DNA of 64,000 bases from Octopus sinensis (lineage: Eukaryota): NCBI RefSeq assembly GCF_006345805.1, contig NC_043009.1, positions 17,174,001 to 17,238,000 on the forward strand, in the 5' to 3' direction. This document shows, piece by piece, positions 47,986 through 61,363 of the stretch. The notes beneath the pieces were generated by a model, which did not search any database, was not told where the DNA came from, and saw only the letters and a program-made list of their open reading frames with translations. Position 1 is the stretch's first letter; every line of letters starts with the position of its first letter. The translations under genes were made by a program, and so were the position numbers.

Positions 47986-50472
47986 ATAAATATTTTATTT
48001 GATTGCCAAAAATATTGCATTACAAATCAATGATGACAAATGGACATGTCTGGACTACAGATCAGGCAAAATATCACCACCAATTCCGCCAGCATCATCA
48101 CCACTACCATCACTGCCACCATCATCATCAACCTATTCCCAGTCCTTACAAGTAACACCAAGACTAGCCATAATGTTATTATCACCATTTTCGCAATCAT
48201 TTCTGCCATCATTTCCGCATCCCATCCTCCCCATCATTACATCGAAATCCAACATTATTATTACCAGCGAGATAACTTCTTTTATGTATTTCTTTGAAAT
48301 TGCATAATCTGCTCAAAATAACAGCCACAGCTTGCACAATGAACTCCTTGCTCTCTTTAAAAGAGGGACTTGTTCTAAATATTAGATTAACCTAGAATCT
48401 AGAACTGTTAGCATGCTGGGCGAAATACTTAGCAGCATTTTGTTCATCTTCACATTCTGCATTCAAATTCCATCATGGCTAACTTTGTCTTTCATCCTTT
48501 CAGGGTCAATAAAATTACTACCAGTTGAACATTAGCATTGACGTAATCAACTTAGCTCCTCCCCAAAAATTGCTGGCCTTGTGCCAAACTTTGAAATCAA
48601 TGTGTGTATAAATATAAACAAACTAACATTTGTTTTTATTAGAAGCATCGAAATGTGTATTGTATGATACAAACCAGAAGATAAGTTTTCCTATGCAGAA
48701 TTGCTGATAGAACAGCAGAAATACTTGGTAAATTACCCTTACAAGGCAGAAACATTTGTTGACAGTCCTTGCAAGTAACACCAGTTTTTTTATGGCTTGT
48801 TAGGGTAATTTATTTAGTGTTTCTGCTGTTCTAATGGCAATTTTGTGTTCAAAAAAATATCTTCATCTTGTTTCAAATCAATATTAGATTAGCCTATCTT
48901 ATTAATAAAGAAATGCCAACCAAGTGGTACAGACTTGACTACAAGTTTAAAATGTACACTTCACAACCATACAGTCTGACTTTGATCCCACTGCCTTGTT
49001 ATCTTGTGCAGATATCTTCTGCCATATCATCATCATCATCATCATCATCACCATCATCATCACCATCATCATCATCATCACCATCACCATCATCATCATC
49101 ATCATTATCATCATTATCATCATCATCATCATCATCATCATCGTCATCGTCATCATCATCTCATTGGGGTTGGGCAACTTTCCCAGACCAATGCAACCCT
49201 TGAATGCCAGATGTCACGATGAAGTGATATAACTTGGGTTTTAGTCACATTGGTCTTTCTAAAGGCTGAAACATGTCATCTGTGCATGCCATAACTCAGC
49301 TCCATTGCCAGACTTTGGTGGCTGGAGGTGCCTCACAGAATATTCTGGGTGGGCATTAATTTGTAATAATGCTAAAGTGGAGTTTTGAAATAAGTATGTC
49401 ACAGTAAATCTGGGAGTGCACTATTGAATAGCGAGAGGGAAAATGCTGTCTAGTGCACTCCCTTAGCAACAGACATGCCATAACTACAGTGAACTGATTG
49501 GTCTTGGCCATTTAGAGTTCATTTTCCATTCATCTACACAGCATCCAGTGATATTCGCCATTGACTCAATAAGTTAATTAGCTAATTAGTTCACATCCAC
49601 CATGTTGCATCTCATGATTTCAATATACCTTTGCTTGTGGGGCATCCTATTTAACCCATAACTGGAACTCCTGATAAATACTACTACTCCAAATAAGAGT
49701 AGACTTGGGGACAATAGTGGCTCAGAAGTGGTTCCATACACCCCAAAACACTGGAGCTCCTTAACCAGGACCCCACTACCAGATGCAATTTAAGGTCATA
49801 CCTAGAACTTAGCTCATGACTTTGGCTTAACCAATACCTTAAGAGTAGAATTTAATAGACAAAAACTATTTTAAAGAGTTGTTTTTTTTTGTGTGTGTCT
49901 TTGTCTTTGCCAGTAAACATTGGTGAAGACTATAAACTTTGGTGAAAAAACAAACACCATTGAGACCCTGTTATTATAAGAAATGCAGAGAATTACTGAT
50001 TGGTCCTTTGGAAATATGGAGCAAACAACATTTTATTTTTTAATAACTTCTTTTTTTTTACCCCACTGCTAACATGTCTCAGGTGAATACATATTTTAGA
50101 TAAATTATTTTGCAGCCAGCACCTATTTTTTAAACAAGAGGTTTTTCATTCTACTTGTCTTTGAAAGCAGACAGAATCATTTTGTTGGTAGAGATTGTCA
50201 ATAAGCATCATTGTTTGCTGCTGGAACCATTAACATATTTGTAATTGACTAGTATTATCTCCCCACCACACACACACACACATAATTCTCATTAGCTATT
50301 TAATGCTCATTATGGTCAGCTTCCACTCCCAAATGACTACAGCTTAGTAATGTATTCCATGCTCTTTACTAATTGTTTTAGGTGCCAATGTAGTGGAGAG
50401 CAGGCATAGACACTCTCTCAACCACCTCCCCCTTGATCCAGCAACATATCAAGGATGTGACAGCTGGAGAGG

Positions 50473-50520
<48 letters not shown>

Positions 50521-50539
50521 TACTGCACCAACACCTGGG

Positions 50540-50670
50540 TTGTACTCATTATGGCTGAGTGGATGAGATTTAAGTACCTTGCTCAAGGACACAATATACT
50601 GCCCAGTCCAGGGTTTGAACTCACAATTTTAAAATCATGAGCAAAACACCTAATCACTTGACCACACATC
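50540..50670 (-). mobile_element. tRNA-SINE head and core fragment
   Basis: Minus strand gtgtggtcaagtgattagg...gagttcaaaccctgg...gtgtccttgagcaaggtactt. Confidence 0.65.
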
Positions 50671-51582
50671 ATCACTACATTCTGTATGGTAACACCATAT
50701 GTTACTGATATGTCATGATATGAAACACTGATATGTCATGTATGGGACATGACATATCAGCAGATGGAATTGCAAACCATTAAGAATTATGTGTCACTGT
50801 ATGTATGCGAGTGGCAATGATTAATACAGAAATGTGAGTCATTAGTTATTGAACAGCTAAAGTCTTGGTGGTTTCTGTCTTATGAGACCTTTGTCAAAAT
50901 CACTCTCAGTGACTCAGGCTACAAAGCTATAGATAGAAACCATTCCAAGAAGCAAGTTACTGCAGTAAGCAGCAGGATTGGGAGACTTTCTGTAAGTGCT
51001 GAGTTGCCAAGGAAAAGGTATCACAAAGCCATTAGCGAAGCATTTTCCCTTGACTCGTTAGATGATGACAATGTCTTCAGTGGTACCCAACAACCTACCT
51101 GTTTCTAGTTACCAAAAGAACAACTGTCACATAATATAACAGTAGGTTTATGATGAAGTTAAATGAACAGTACAATACAATCCTGTAAGATGTGATCATG
51201 TGTGTATGAGGGTGTGTGATGTAGACAAGAGATAAGCAGACAAAATACCAGCAACAAAAGTATGAGATGTGGCAAAATGCAAGTGAAGATTGATTGAAGC
51301 AAACAAGAGAATGTAGAGTGAAAGTCTGACAAAACAAAAGATGTAAAGAAATGTCAGGAAAAGATGCCGAATGAGGCTGGATTTCAAACTGAACAATTGA
51401 TGGAAAATATATAAAAGAATGATTGGAAATGGTGGAAATTTTTAGGTTTTGTTACTTCCAATATTAGAGACGAGTTTTATCAATAATATCAGCTTGTGGG
51501 TATTGATCTGAAATTGGTATGGAGTTATCTAATGGAGATTGTTGTAATTTTAAAGTCTGTGTGTGTGTGTGTGTATATGTGT

Positions 51583-51666
<84 letters not shown>

Positions 51667-52229
51667 CTAAATGAGATTTATTGTTAGTATACAAAGAATT
51701 ATTGAAGTATGTGTGCGAGTATGAGACAGAGAGAGTAAGTTAATATATGGGTGTCATTGAGTATACATGTATGTCTGTCTGTATGTATGCACAATAGACA
51801 TGTCATTGTGTGAAGGATTGTAAGTATAAATTGGTATATATAAGCAAGAATATATATGAATGAGATGGAGGGAATGAGAGAGAAAGTTAGTGAAAATAAA
51901 TGAATCAGAGAAAGAAAGGAGAAGTGAAGAAGTACCTAGTTTTATAGATCTAATGGTAGCTATACACGGTGAAAGTGATATAGATGATTGCACAAAAACA
52001 CAAGCAGACATATAATCATGCACACACATGCCTGTGTATGGGCACCGGAGGAGGAGGAGGAGGAGCTGCTGTGGACAAAACACTTCTCAATAAATCCAAC
52101 AGTTACTATTAGAGTTGAAATTTTGCTTTTAAAATTTTTATCTGAATTATTCACATAAATTGATATTTTATATCACAGACCATTGCTTTAAAAAAAATAC
52201 ACGTGTCCACCACACATTCTCCCTCCCCC

Positions 52230-52263
<34 letters not shown>

Positions 52264-55200
52264 TACACAAACCAGCAGACTTATTAACACATGAACACAG
52301 AAGCACTATCTTATACACATGAATAAACATAACAGTTTCACAGTTACAGCAATCTGTTAGGGTGGCCATCAAAGAATCAATGGTTATTCATCTTTAACAA
52401 GAGGTCAGCCCTGATCAAGCAGCCCTGATCAAGCAGCCCAACGATCTAATTTCTATCTGTATGGGTTTTGGTTTTCAAATGCAATAAGCATATCTAGGAC
52501 TACACTGTCCAATGTGTTCCTTTTTTGTCAAAGCAATAGAATCTGAATTGAAAGGTATTTGACTGCCTTTTCTAGCCAGTCAAATGTCAGAATAGAAGTT
52601 CCCTTGTTGACTTTCCATTGACTTGTCCATGGTTTGTATAGTGATAGTAATGTTCTACTAGCATTCACTGGCTCAATCCATCATGTTATAAACAAGTACC
52701 ATGTGGAAGTACAACTAACATCTATAAGCGAGGAGAACTGTTTAACTGAACACTGTCTTATAACTGACAATACTGGTCAATGTTTCCATTGACCAATGGC
52801 AAGGATGTGGACAAAATATTAATCACACACACACACAACACACAGATCTTAGAAAAGCAATTGTTAACCTGGTTGACAGTACCTCTTTGGAGCCTTGTGA
52901 ACTGACAGGGCAGGGTGTAAATTATTAGGAGGGTGCTAAGTGGGGTCCTGAGTAGTTCACATTTTTAAAAAGCATCCTTGTCATAATTAGAATATGAGTC
53001 AGACATTGTATTATCAGTGAGCTGGAAACATCACTGATGAGAAGCTAAAGTCTAAAGAAATTTCATTGAGTAGTTTTGTTTAAAATTTAACTAAAGTTGT
53101 CCTAATCTAGGCAAGTACATGAAAAGCAAAATAAAAGGTACTTGCAGGAAGGGACAGCTTAAATAAGTAGGAATAACAAGCCACTGCACAAAATTAGCTT
53201 CTGTTTAATTAAAATAATCTGCATTTTAGTGAGTGTTTGTGTGTGTGTGTTTGTGTATGTGTGTGCATGTGTGCATGCATGCATGTATGTGAACATGCAA
53301 GAACATGCAAAAGGGGACATTTTTGAAGGTTGGGGTGGAATTCAGCTACGAAAGATTGACAACCATTGCTTTAAAAAGTTACCAAATGAAACAATTCAAG
53401 ACCCCCACAATTTTATTATCAAATCTTTGAAATATTGGTTTCAAATTTTGGCACAAGGCCAATAATTTTGAGGTAGGGGTTAAGTCAATTCCATTGCCCC
53501 AATGTTCAAATGCTACTTATTTTACTGAAAGGCAAAGTCGACCTTGGCAGAATTTGAACTCTGAATATAAAGACAGACGAAATGCTGCTAAGCTTTTTCT
53601 CAGCTTGCTGTCATAAATCTCTGAAATAGTGAATGTTCCAAAGTGTAAGTCAGCCCCTGCTAAGCTAGATCCTTCAATCCATAAATATCTAGATTTCCAT
53701 GTGTTATCAACCTTAATGCAGACAAATGTGTGGGATGCATGTGTGTGGTACAGAAATGTAGCCATGCTATTACTGTAGGAAATCTCCTTCAAAAGATGCG
53801 AGAAAACGAAAGATAAAGCAATCTGTACATTGTCCCTTGTAACCCAAACCTATCTATTTCAAAATATCTGCTGTTGCAGAAAACTAGTTGAGTGGTCAGT
53901 GACTTGTGTCCGTGTATTTGCATGTTTGAACATAGATATAAGCAGATATTTGCTGGTATCTATGGTCAAACTATTAGACAACAATCTGAGTAATCAGTGA
54001 CACTGCTAGTGTCTGTGGTCAACAAAGCTGGAGACAACTAATTAAGTGGTCAGTGATACTGCTTTTGTTTGTAGTTAACAGAACTGGAGAGTTAGGTAGG
54101 TGGTCAAGGTGTTGCTTATTACGTCTATGGTCAAAGTACTTAACAAACAAGTCCATTAAGTTATTATATTCCATTATCAGAGGGAGTATGTCTGGGACTG
54201 CATCATTTTATATGCCCTTCCTTTTTAAGATATTTGAATTTGAATTGAGGGAAATTGACTGCTATTTATATCAAGTTGAATGCCCACATTCAGGGTATCT
54301 TGTTGGCTTCATCAACTCTGAGGAAGTAACTGTTGGTGGCTTTGAGAACTGGTGTTGTGAAAATGATGAATGATTTATTAGTTGTGGAATGCAATTCCAT
54401 TCTTCTCAAGTTAAAAGCTATTACATGTTATAGAACAAAATCCTAACCAGAGAAATATTTCTTTCTCCTTTATTTGAAGTTACTAAACCTAGAGATCACT
54501 AGCAGTACACTAAATCCTTATCATTCAGAAAAATAATTTAACATCTCTGTTAAATATGTTTACATACATCTACAATAATTTAATTTAACAGTCTCTCTTT
54601 ATATATTTTGTAGTGGTCAATTGATTTTTTTTACTGAATTAGTAATATCTTTTGACAGGAAGAAGTCTGCAGTCACCACATTACAAACATGAAGATTATA
54701 GTTCAAATATAAATTACATCAATACATATAGGCCTTTATCTTCAAAACAATAGAAATTTATCAACCCAAACTAACAGAAACATATTCAATTAAAGACAAT
54801 TCTGTCAATTCAGCAATGTCTATGCTCAGAGTTGAAAACTTCAGACAATGTGAAAGACTTCCAGGAAATATAGAAGCAATAAGAATATCATCCTTGTTGA
54901 ACAAGTTACACTTTATGCTTTTCTTGATACAATCCCCAAGAAATGAATCTAACCTTTATATATTTATCTTCAGCTCTACAGGAAGAGAAGTAGATGAAAT
55001 CTTAAATCAATTTTAATTCCTCTTAGTAAACAAGAAGAAGAGAGGAGGGTTCAACACATAGTATTCTTCAGAAACAAAACACCATATCATTGGCACAGGA
55101 TGGCAAGACTTAAAAGAGAATTAAGAAGGAAAAGAATGGGTTAAATATGTAAAGAGGTGAAAGATGGGGAATTGAATTTTCATTTTATTTAATAGTTATG

Positions 55201-55564
55201 AAATGTTATTAATTGTGAATGAGAAATAAGTTTTGGGAGGAAATTATAAAAGTGGAAGATTGTGAACTGTATTGGGAGTGGACATTATTAGGAGAATGTA
55301 AGGAGGGAAGAATGGCTATAAATAGGGACTGAAATGGAGCCAACAAGTTTGAGGTAAAATGTAGAATTGATATCCCTTGTTGGAGTAAATGTCAAACAAT
55401 ACACATTAGGTTTTATAGATTCTGGTCACTGAGGACTTTGAGGAGAAAATATATAAACACACACACGCACACAGAACAACACACATACACAATTCGATAA
55501 ACAGACTGATAGATATTGTTACACACAGATGAAATGGATATATATGTGTGTTTGTCAATGTTTT

Positions 55565-55604
<40 letters not shown>

Positions 55605-55862
55605 TTAAAGAAGTATCAGAGACAAGTGATGGAACAAGCCAAGATGAAATGGAAAAAATGACAAACAACCAGATAGATATGGACACACACTACTAAATAT
55701 GAATATGGTAGACTTAGGAGAAACTACATATACACATATGCACACACACATGTAGATATATATACACTACATATATACACTCTGATACATACATGTAGAT
55801 GCATGTGTGTGCACATATAGATATGTATTTATTAGTAATCTATATTTTTGAGATGAGGAATT

Positions 55863-56460
55863 ATGTACATTATTTACAACGGACAGGTAGGTGTCCTCAC
55901 CTTGTTTGTTGTTACCACATCATTTCAGCTGAGGTACTCTCCAGCCTTCATCAGGTGTTCTGATGGAATTTTGAACCCAACCATTATTTGACTTATGGGG
56001 TAGCTGTTCTTATTCCAAAGGTATATTTTCTGCTTTTTTTTCCTGTTGACATTATTTCCCAAGTCCCTGCCTGGGATTGAACTAAGAATCCAAAGGTCAG
56101 TGGCTCATAGGCAATTATAGAGTGAATTTTTGGACTTATAAATCTAATATTTTATCTTTTCTTAATACTAGTTCCCATATTACATTCATATCTGCATGAG
56201 GTCTGCTTAAGAAGTTATTGTGTTCTAGCATATGTGCTGCCTCTTTTCATTTTTGTATTTTCCAGTGGTGTTCACTGCCAATTATTTTAACTTAGGAATA
56301 CCTTAGGAATGAGAACAGAGTACCCCATTAGTCAAATTAAGGGTTGGATTCGAAATTCCCCCAGAACACCTGATGAAGGCTGGAGAGTACATCAGTCAAA
56401 ACATTGTGGTAACAACAAACAAGGTGAGGACACCAATCCATCCACTGTAAATGATGTAGA
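55863..56460 (-). mobile_element. Penelope-like element end with inverted terminal repeats carrying decayed hammerhead motifs
   Basis: Arms of about 160 bp (55863-56024, 56298-56460) are inverted. The spacer reads on minus EHHWKIQK*KEAAHMLEHNNFLSRPHADMNVIWELVL, similar to the GIY-YIG C-terminal 'E.NW..RK.KEA' motif. Each arm contains CTGATGA-a-GGCTG..CAGYY-(G)AAA. Confidence 0.7.
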
Positions 56461-58832
56461 TATGTATGTGTTCATTCATTTTTTATGCCCCATTTTCCCA
56501 TGAGTTAGTTGAATATGGTTTTAAGGCAATGGTTTACAACTGGATGCCCTTCTTGTCACTGATCCTTATTTGCTTTTCAAGTTAAGAGCTCTCTTATTCC
56601 ACATGGTTTTGAAGGTACACAGCAAGCAAATGGTATTTTGACAGAAGTGACATCATCATCATCACTGGTTGGGTACAACTTACACAGAACTAAAAGCAAA
56701 TGTAAACAAACACTCACACACACACACACATCCATGTGCACACGTACACATGCAAATATGCAAAACTTTTCCCAAGTTCAAAATATGACACTTTGTTATC
56801 TAACATTCCAGTGATGAAGCTTCATATCTATGTTGAAAACTAGTTAATTCTTTACACGAAGACTTTGAATAATTAAAAATAGAAAAGAACATACATACAT
56901 ACACACATACATGGATACATACATACATATGCGTGTGTATATATATGTATGTATATGTATATATGTGTGTGAGTGTATGTATATATATAGACATATATAT
57001 ATGTATACACACACACACATATATGTATGTACACAAATACACACACGCTCAATTACACAACAGATCTGTTTTAGCCAATTTCATCAATTGGTTTCAGAGG
57101 GAGGAAAAAAACTAACAAATTTTCCAGTTTGTTGACCACTTTATGAGAGCCTGCTTCTTTTTCTGACTCATGAGTTCTTAGACATGTATACACATATGCA
57201 CACACATGCGCACATGTAAACATACATACATACATAAATATATATATATATGTATACATACATACTGACATATAAATATGTATATATATATATTATATAT
57301 ATATATATACATACACACACACACATATATATACACACTCACAGTTATATACATCTGTGTGCATACATGTGTTTATGAGTGTGTCTGGTGTATGTTTGTG
57401 GGTGTGTGTGTGTGTGTGAGTAATGTTTGATATCAGGTAAAAAAAAACAACTCAAAACCAATATGAACCAATTAACTTGACAGGGTTTCACACCCCTTCT
57501 TACCGGCAGCATCTACCTTGGGCAGCTGATAAGTAAACTGGGTCACTCCCTTCTCCCATTTAGTAATAAAATTGTCATACCTGATTCCATCACATGAGTG
57601 TGGAGTGGGGGGATGGGTGTGGTGGCTGGTGCATTATTAAATGAAAAAATAATGGTTGAGGGTGGAGTAATGGGGGAGTGAGGCCCTAGTGTGTTACTAA
57701 GTTTGGCATCTGAATAGCAGGAGAGACCTACTGGGAAGAATTACAAGTGATTCCTGATAATTGGGAAAATGTATAAGAACTTCATTTCTATTACCAGTTA
57801 ACATCATCTGCCTTGTTATCCTCACCCTCCTCCTCCTCCTCCTTGTCCTTCATCACTGGCAGCTGTGTCATTTCCACACAGTTGTTGTGATATTGATAAT
57901 GATGATGTTGATGTTGATGATGATCATTATGATGATCCAGCATCATCATCTTCACCAACATTATTACTACAACCACCTTCCTTATTATCATCAGCAACAT
58001 TATCACTACAACAGCCATTATTATCTTCATCATCATCATTAGCATTATCACCACAACAACTACCTTCATTATCTTCATATTTAACATTATCACCATAGCT
58101 ACCTTCATTATCAACAACATTATTGCTATCATCACCATTATCATCACCACAAAACTTCCATCATTATCACCAGCATCACTGTTATTATCAGAAGTATATC
58201 ATTTCCATAGTAAGAAAACTCACCACCATCATGTCGACACTACCATCACATGAACACTACTATTACCACTACAACGACATCCACACTGTTTCCACAATCA
58301 CCAGAACCACTACAACAAACACCAACACCACCACACTGGTACTGCTACTACAACCACCAAAAAGCACATCTCTACCTTTAGCATCACTATCAGATTTAAG
58401 GCTGCAAGTTGGCAGAATCTTTAGCATGCCGGACAAAATACCTGGCAATATTTCTTCCAGCTTTTCATTCTGAGTTTGACTTCTGCCAAGATCAATTTTG
58501 CCAGTCATCCTTTCAGGATTGATAAAATAAGTATCAGTTATGAACTGGGGTTAATGTAATCAAACTATACCCCTCTCCAAAAATTTCAGGCCTTGTGTCT
58601 ACAGCCAAAATTATTATCACTATAGACAAATACATGTTGGAAAAATCCAAGTAATATAAAGAATAAATCCTCCTTTTATACTTCTATGAAACTTGAAGTG
58701 CATTGTATTTCAGTGAGACAAACCCACAAAAACTGCATCGCCTCCTCCTCTTAATCTCCACTCCCTATTTTTTGGATATAGTTGAAACCAAAGTGAGAAG
58801 AGAAGAGTATCCTTTGACTATAAGTATGTGTG

Positions 58833-59581
58833 TACAGTATGCAGTTGGGTAAATTGTCACCATTTTATATTTCTAATTTCATGCATGCACATTGTTTTTG
58901 ATTTTGTCAACTACACAGTATAGCAGAGTCAGTTGGGCACTGTCTGTGAGAAAAACAGCACCTTGACGCAATTCACCCGCCAGAAATTTGGAAATGACAT
59001 GCTGTACTGCTTGGCATTCTTGCCAGAAGCTCCATTTCAGAGTGTTGGGTGTCAATCTGAGATCCCAAAACATGTACTGAGGGCGATAAATATCGAACAT
59101 TCAGTCAAAATCATGGCGTTTGGAGTGATCACTAGTGATGATGACATGCCTTGCTGCCCTGAGTCAAGAAGGTGGATGCTGGAAGACCCTATGTCTGTCA
59201 ACAGGATTCTACCACACAAGCAGGAGAACCCAGTCATGACTGTCAAACAATTTCTGCCACCACATCACCCCTAACATCCGGCCACCTAACTCCCCAGACT
59301 GCAACCCCCTTGATTAATATATGTGGGGTGCAGTTGAGTAAGAGACCAACAAAACTCCTTGTAACACCAAAGATGAACTGAAGGCTAGGGTTATGGCAAT
59401 ATTCACCAACTTAAACAAGGAGACAATCCAGAAGAGTTCCAGGAGATTCCGAAGTTGTCTGGAGGCCAATGGTAATTTTATTGAATAAATTTAATCTTTA
59501 GTATCTCCAAAAATTTTTATGTAATTTTGCTAAATATATCTGCATAATTTAGTTGACAATTAATTCACTGCACCCTGCATA
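58833..59581 (+). mobile_element. Second internally deleted DD37D (maT) element
   Basis: Collinear with 30958-31777; YVCQQDSTT..SPDCNPLD*YMWGAVE*ETNKTPCNTKDELKARVMA. Confidence 0.85.
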
Positions 59582-59702
59582 TATATATTTATATATATAT
59601 ATATATATAAACAAAACTGTCCAATGAACGAGAACATGAAACAAGTAACAGTTTTTGTGATATTTTTGCTGCTTTTTAATAAAGTGTATATATATATATA
59701 TA

Positions 59703-60000
59703 CTATTGTGTCTGGGGAGAGTCATTTTCTTTTTGTGCCTTATAATTTAACACACTGACTGGTGAAATTTCCACTTATTTCTTATTTTTATTTTTCTAAA
59801 ATTTTCATTGCGTCTTGCAACCTTTTCAATAGTCCTGACTCTGTCCATTAAATAATGGACAAAGTCAAGACTATTGGAAAGGTTGCAAGATACAATCAAA
59901 ATTTTAGAAAAATAAAAATAAGAAATAAGTGGAAATTTTACCGGTCAGTGTGTTAAATTATAAGGCACAAAAAGAAAATGACTCTCCCCAGACGCAACAG
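59703..60000. repeat. ~300-bp near-perfect palindrome (foldback / MITE-like)
   Basis: Centre gtccatta-aa-taatggac at 59851/52; arms of about 148 bp pair with roughly ten mismatches, mostly transitions. Confidence 0.92.
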
Positions 60001-60004
60001 AATA

Positions 60005-60265
60005 TGCTTCAACACACAAACTCATATAAAGAATCTTGCAAATCAAATCCTAAAACGAAATATATATAGAGTACCACTGGTGATTTTTTTCCTCTGTCTT
60101 CCCTTCTCGGGATCTTTCCTTCTCCTATGTTTCCGATGAAGAGCTCCGCTCGAAACGGTAGACCCTCCTTCTTCCCTTCTTTCCTGAGCATCCAATAATA
60201 CTTTTTTTGTTCCACATCCTCGCGTTGTTGTGTTTTTTTGTTTTTTTGTGTTTTCTTGTTTGAAT
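60005..60265 (+). mobile_element. Penelope-type terminal-repeat remnant with variant hammerhead motif
   Basis: gttt-CCGATGA-a-GAGC-tcc-GCTC-GAAAC-GGT-AGAC at 60129-60163 in a pyrimidine-rich segment ending in (TA)n. Confidence 0.55.
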
Positions 60266-60311
<46 letters not shown>

Positions 60312-60338
60312 TAGATAGATAGATATACACACACACAT

Positions 60339-60487
<149 letters not shown>

Positions 60488-61328
60488 TGTATGTATGTGT
60501 GTATGTATGTATGTATATAGTTGGAAGTATTTACAATCATATTTAACATGTGCTTAATCTATATATATATAAAACCCTTTGTCTGTCTGTCTGTAATCAC
60601 ACCAGTAACAATGTAGGTGCATGATCACCTTTCCCTTATGTATGTTTGTATGTATGTATGTATGTATTATATATATATATATATAATTATATATATACAC
60701 ACACACATATAACATATAGTATTACCACTATTGAAAAGACTGCCTCCACGCGCTGCTACTACACTTTCGTCCTTGCCAGCAAAAAGGCTTCTTCGTTCGT
60801 CCCTTGTGTGGTTAATTTCCTGTAAGTATTCTTGTTATTTTCTCGTTTTGTAACTAATTGTACTTTTTGTACATGTATTTTTATTTTTGCAGTTTTTGTT
60901 TATTGTTGTCTAGCCAGAAAAGGCTTTTTCGTTCGTCCTCTTGTGTTTGTTTTTGTACATGTATTTTAATTTTGCAGTCTTATTGTTACGTCTTGTTTGT
61001 GTTCGTACTCATTGTGCCCCGCTGCTTGAAATTTTATTTTAATTCTCTCGCAGGAAGGCCTATTGGATTAGTGTTCTGTTATGCCTTCGAAACATGCCTG
61101 ACTCCTCTAGCGACAGCTGATGACGGGGGTTTTGTCCTTGTGTAACCTGTCCTGTATTTGGTTTTCGTTTTCCGTTTTCTTGTTTTTTGTTTTTGGCTTT
61201 TTCTGTTTCTACGTCTTATTGTGATGTCCTGTACTTCCGTATAATTATTTATATATGCATGTATATATACATGTAGATGTAGGTACGTACATATATGTTT
61301 GTATGTAGCATATATTTTATTTATCTCC

Positions 61329-61363
<35 letters not shown>

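Noticed and set aside
49205-49285. GAAACATGTC palindrome preceded by acgatga
   Set aside because: The core needs several edits and stem II does not form.
53517-53792. 91-aa non-repetitive ORF (also 54053..54373 and 63521..63967)
   Set aside because: No recognisable motif or splice support; lengths are within chance expectation and 53517 ends inside a SINE.
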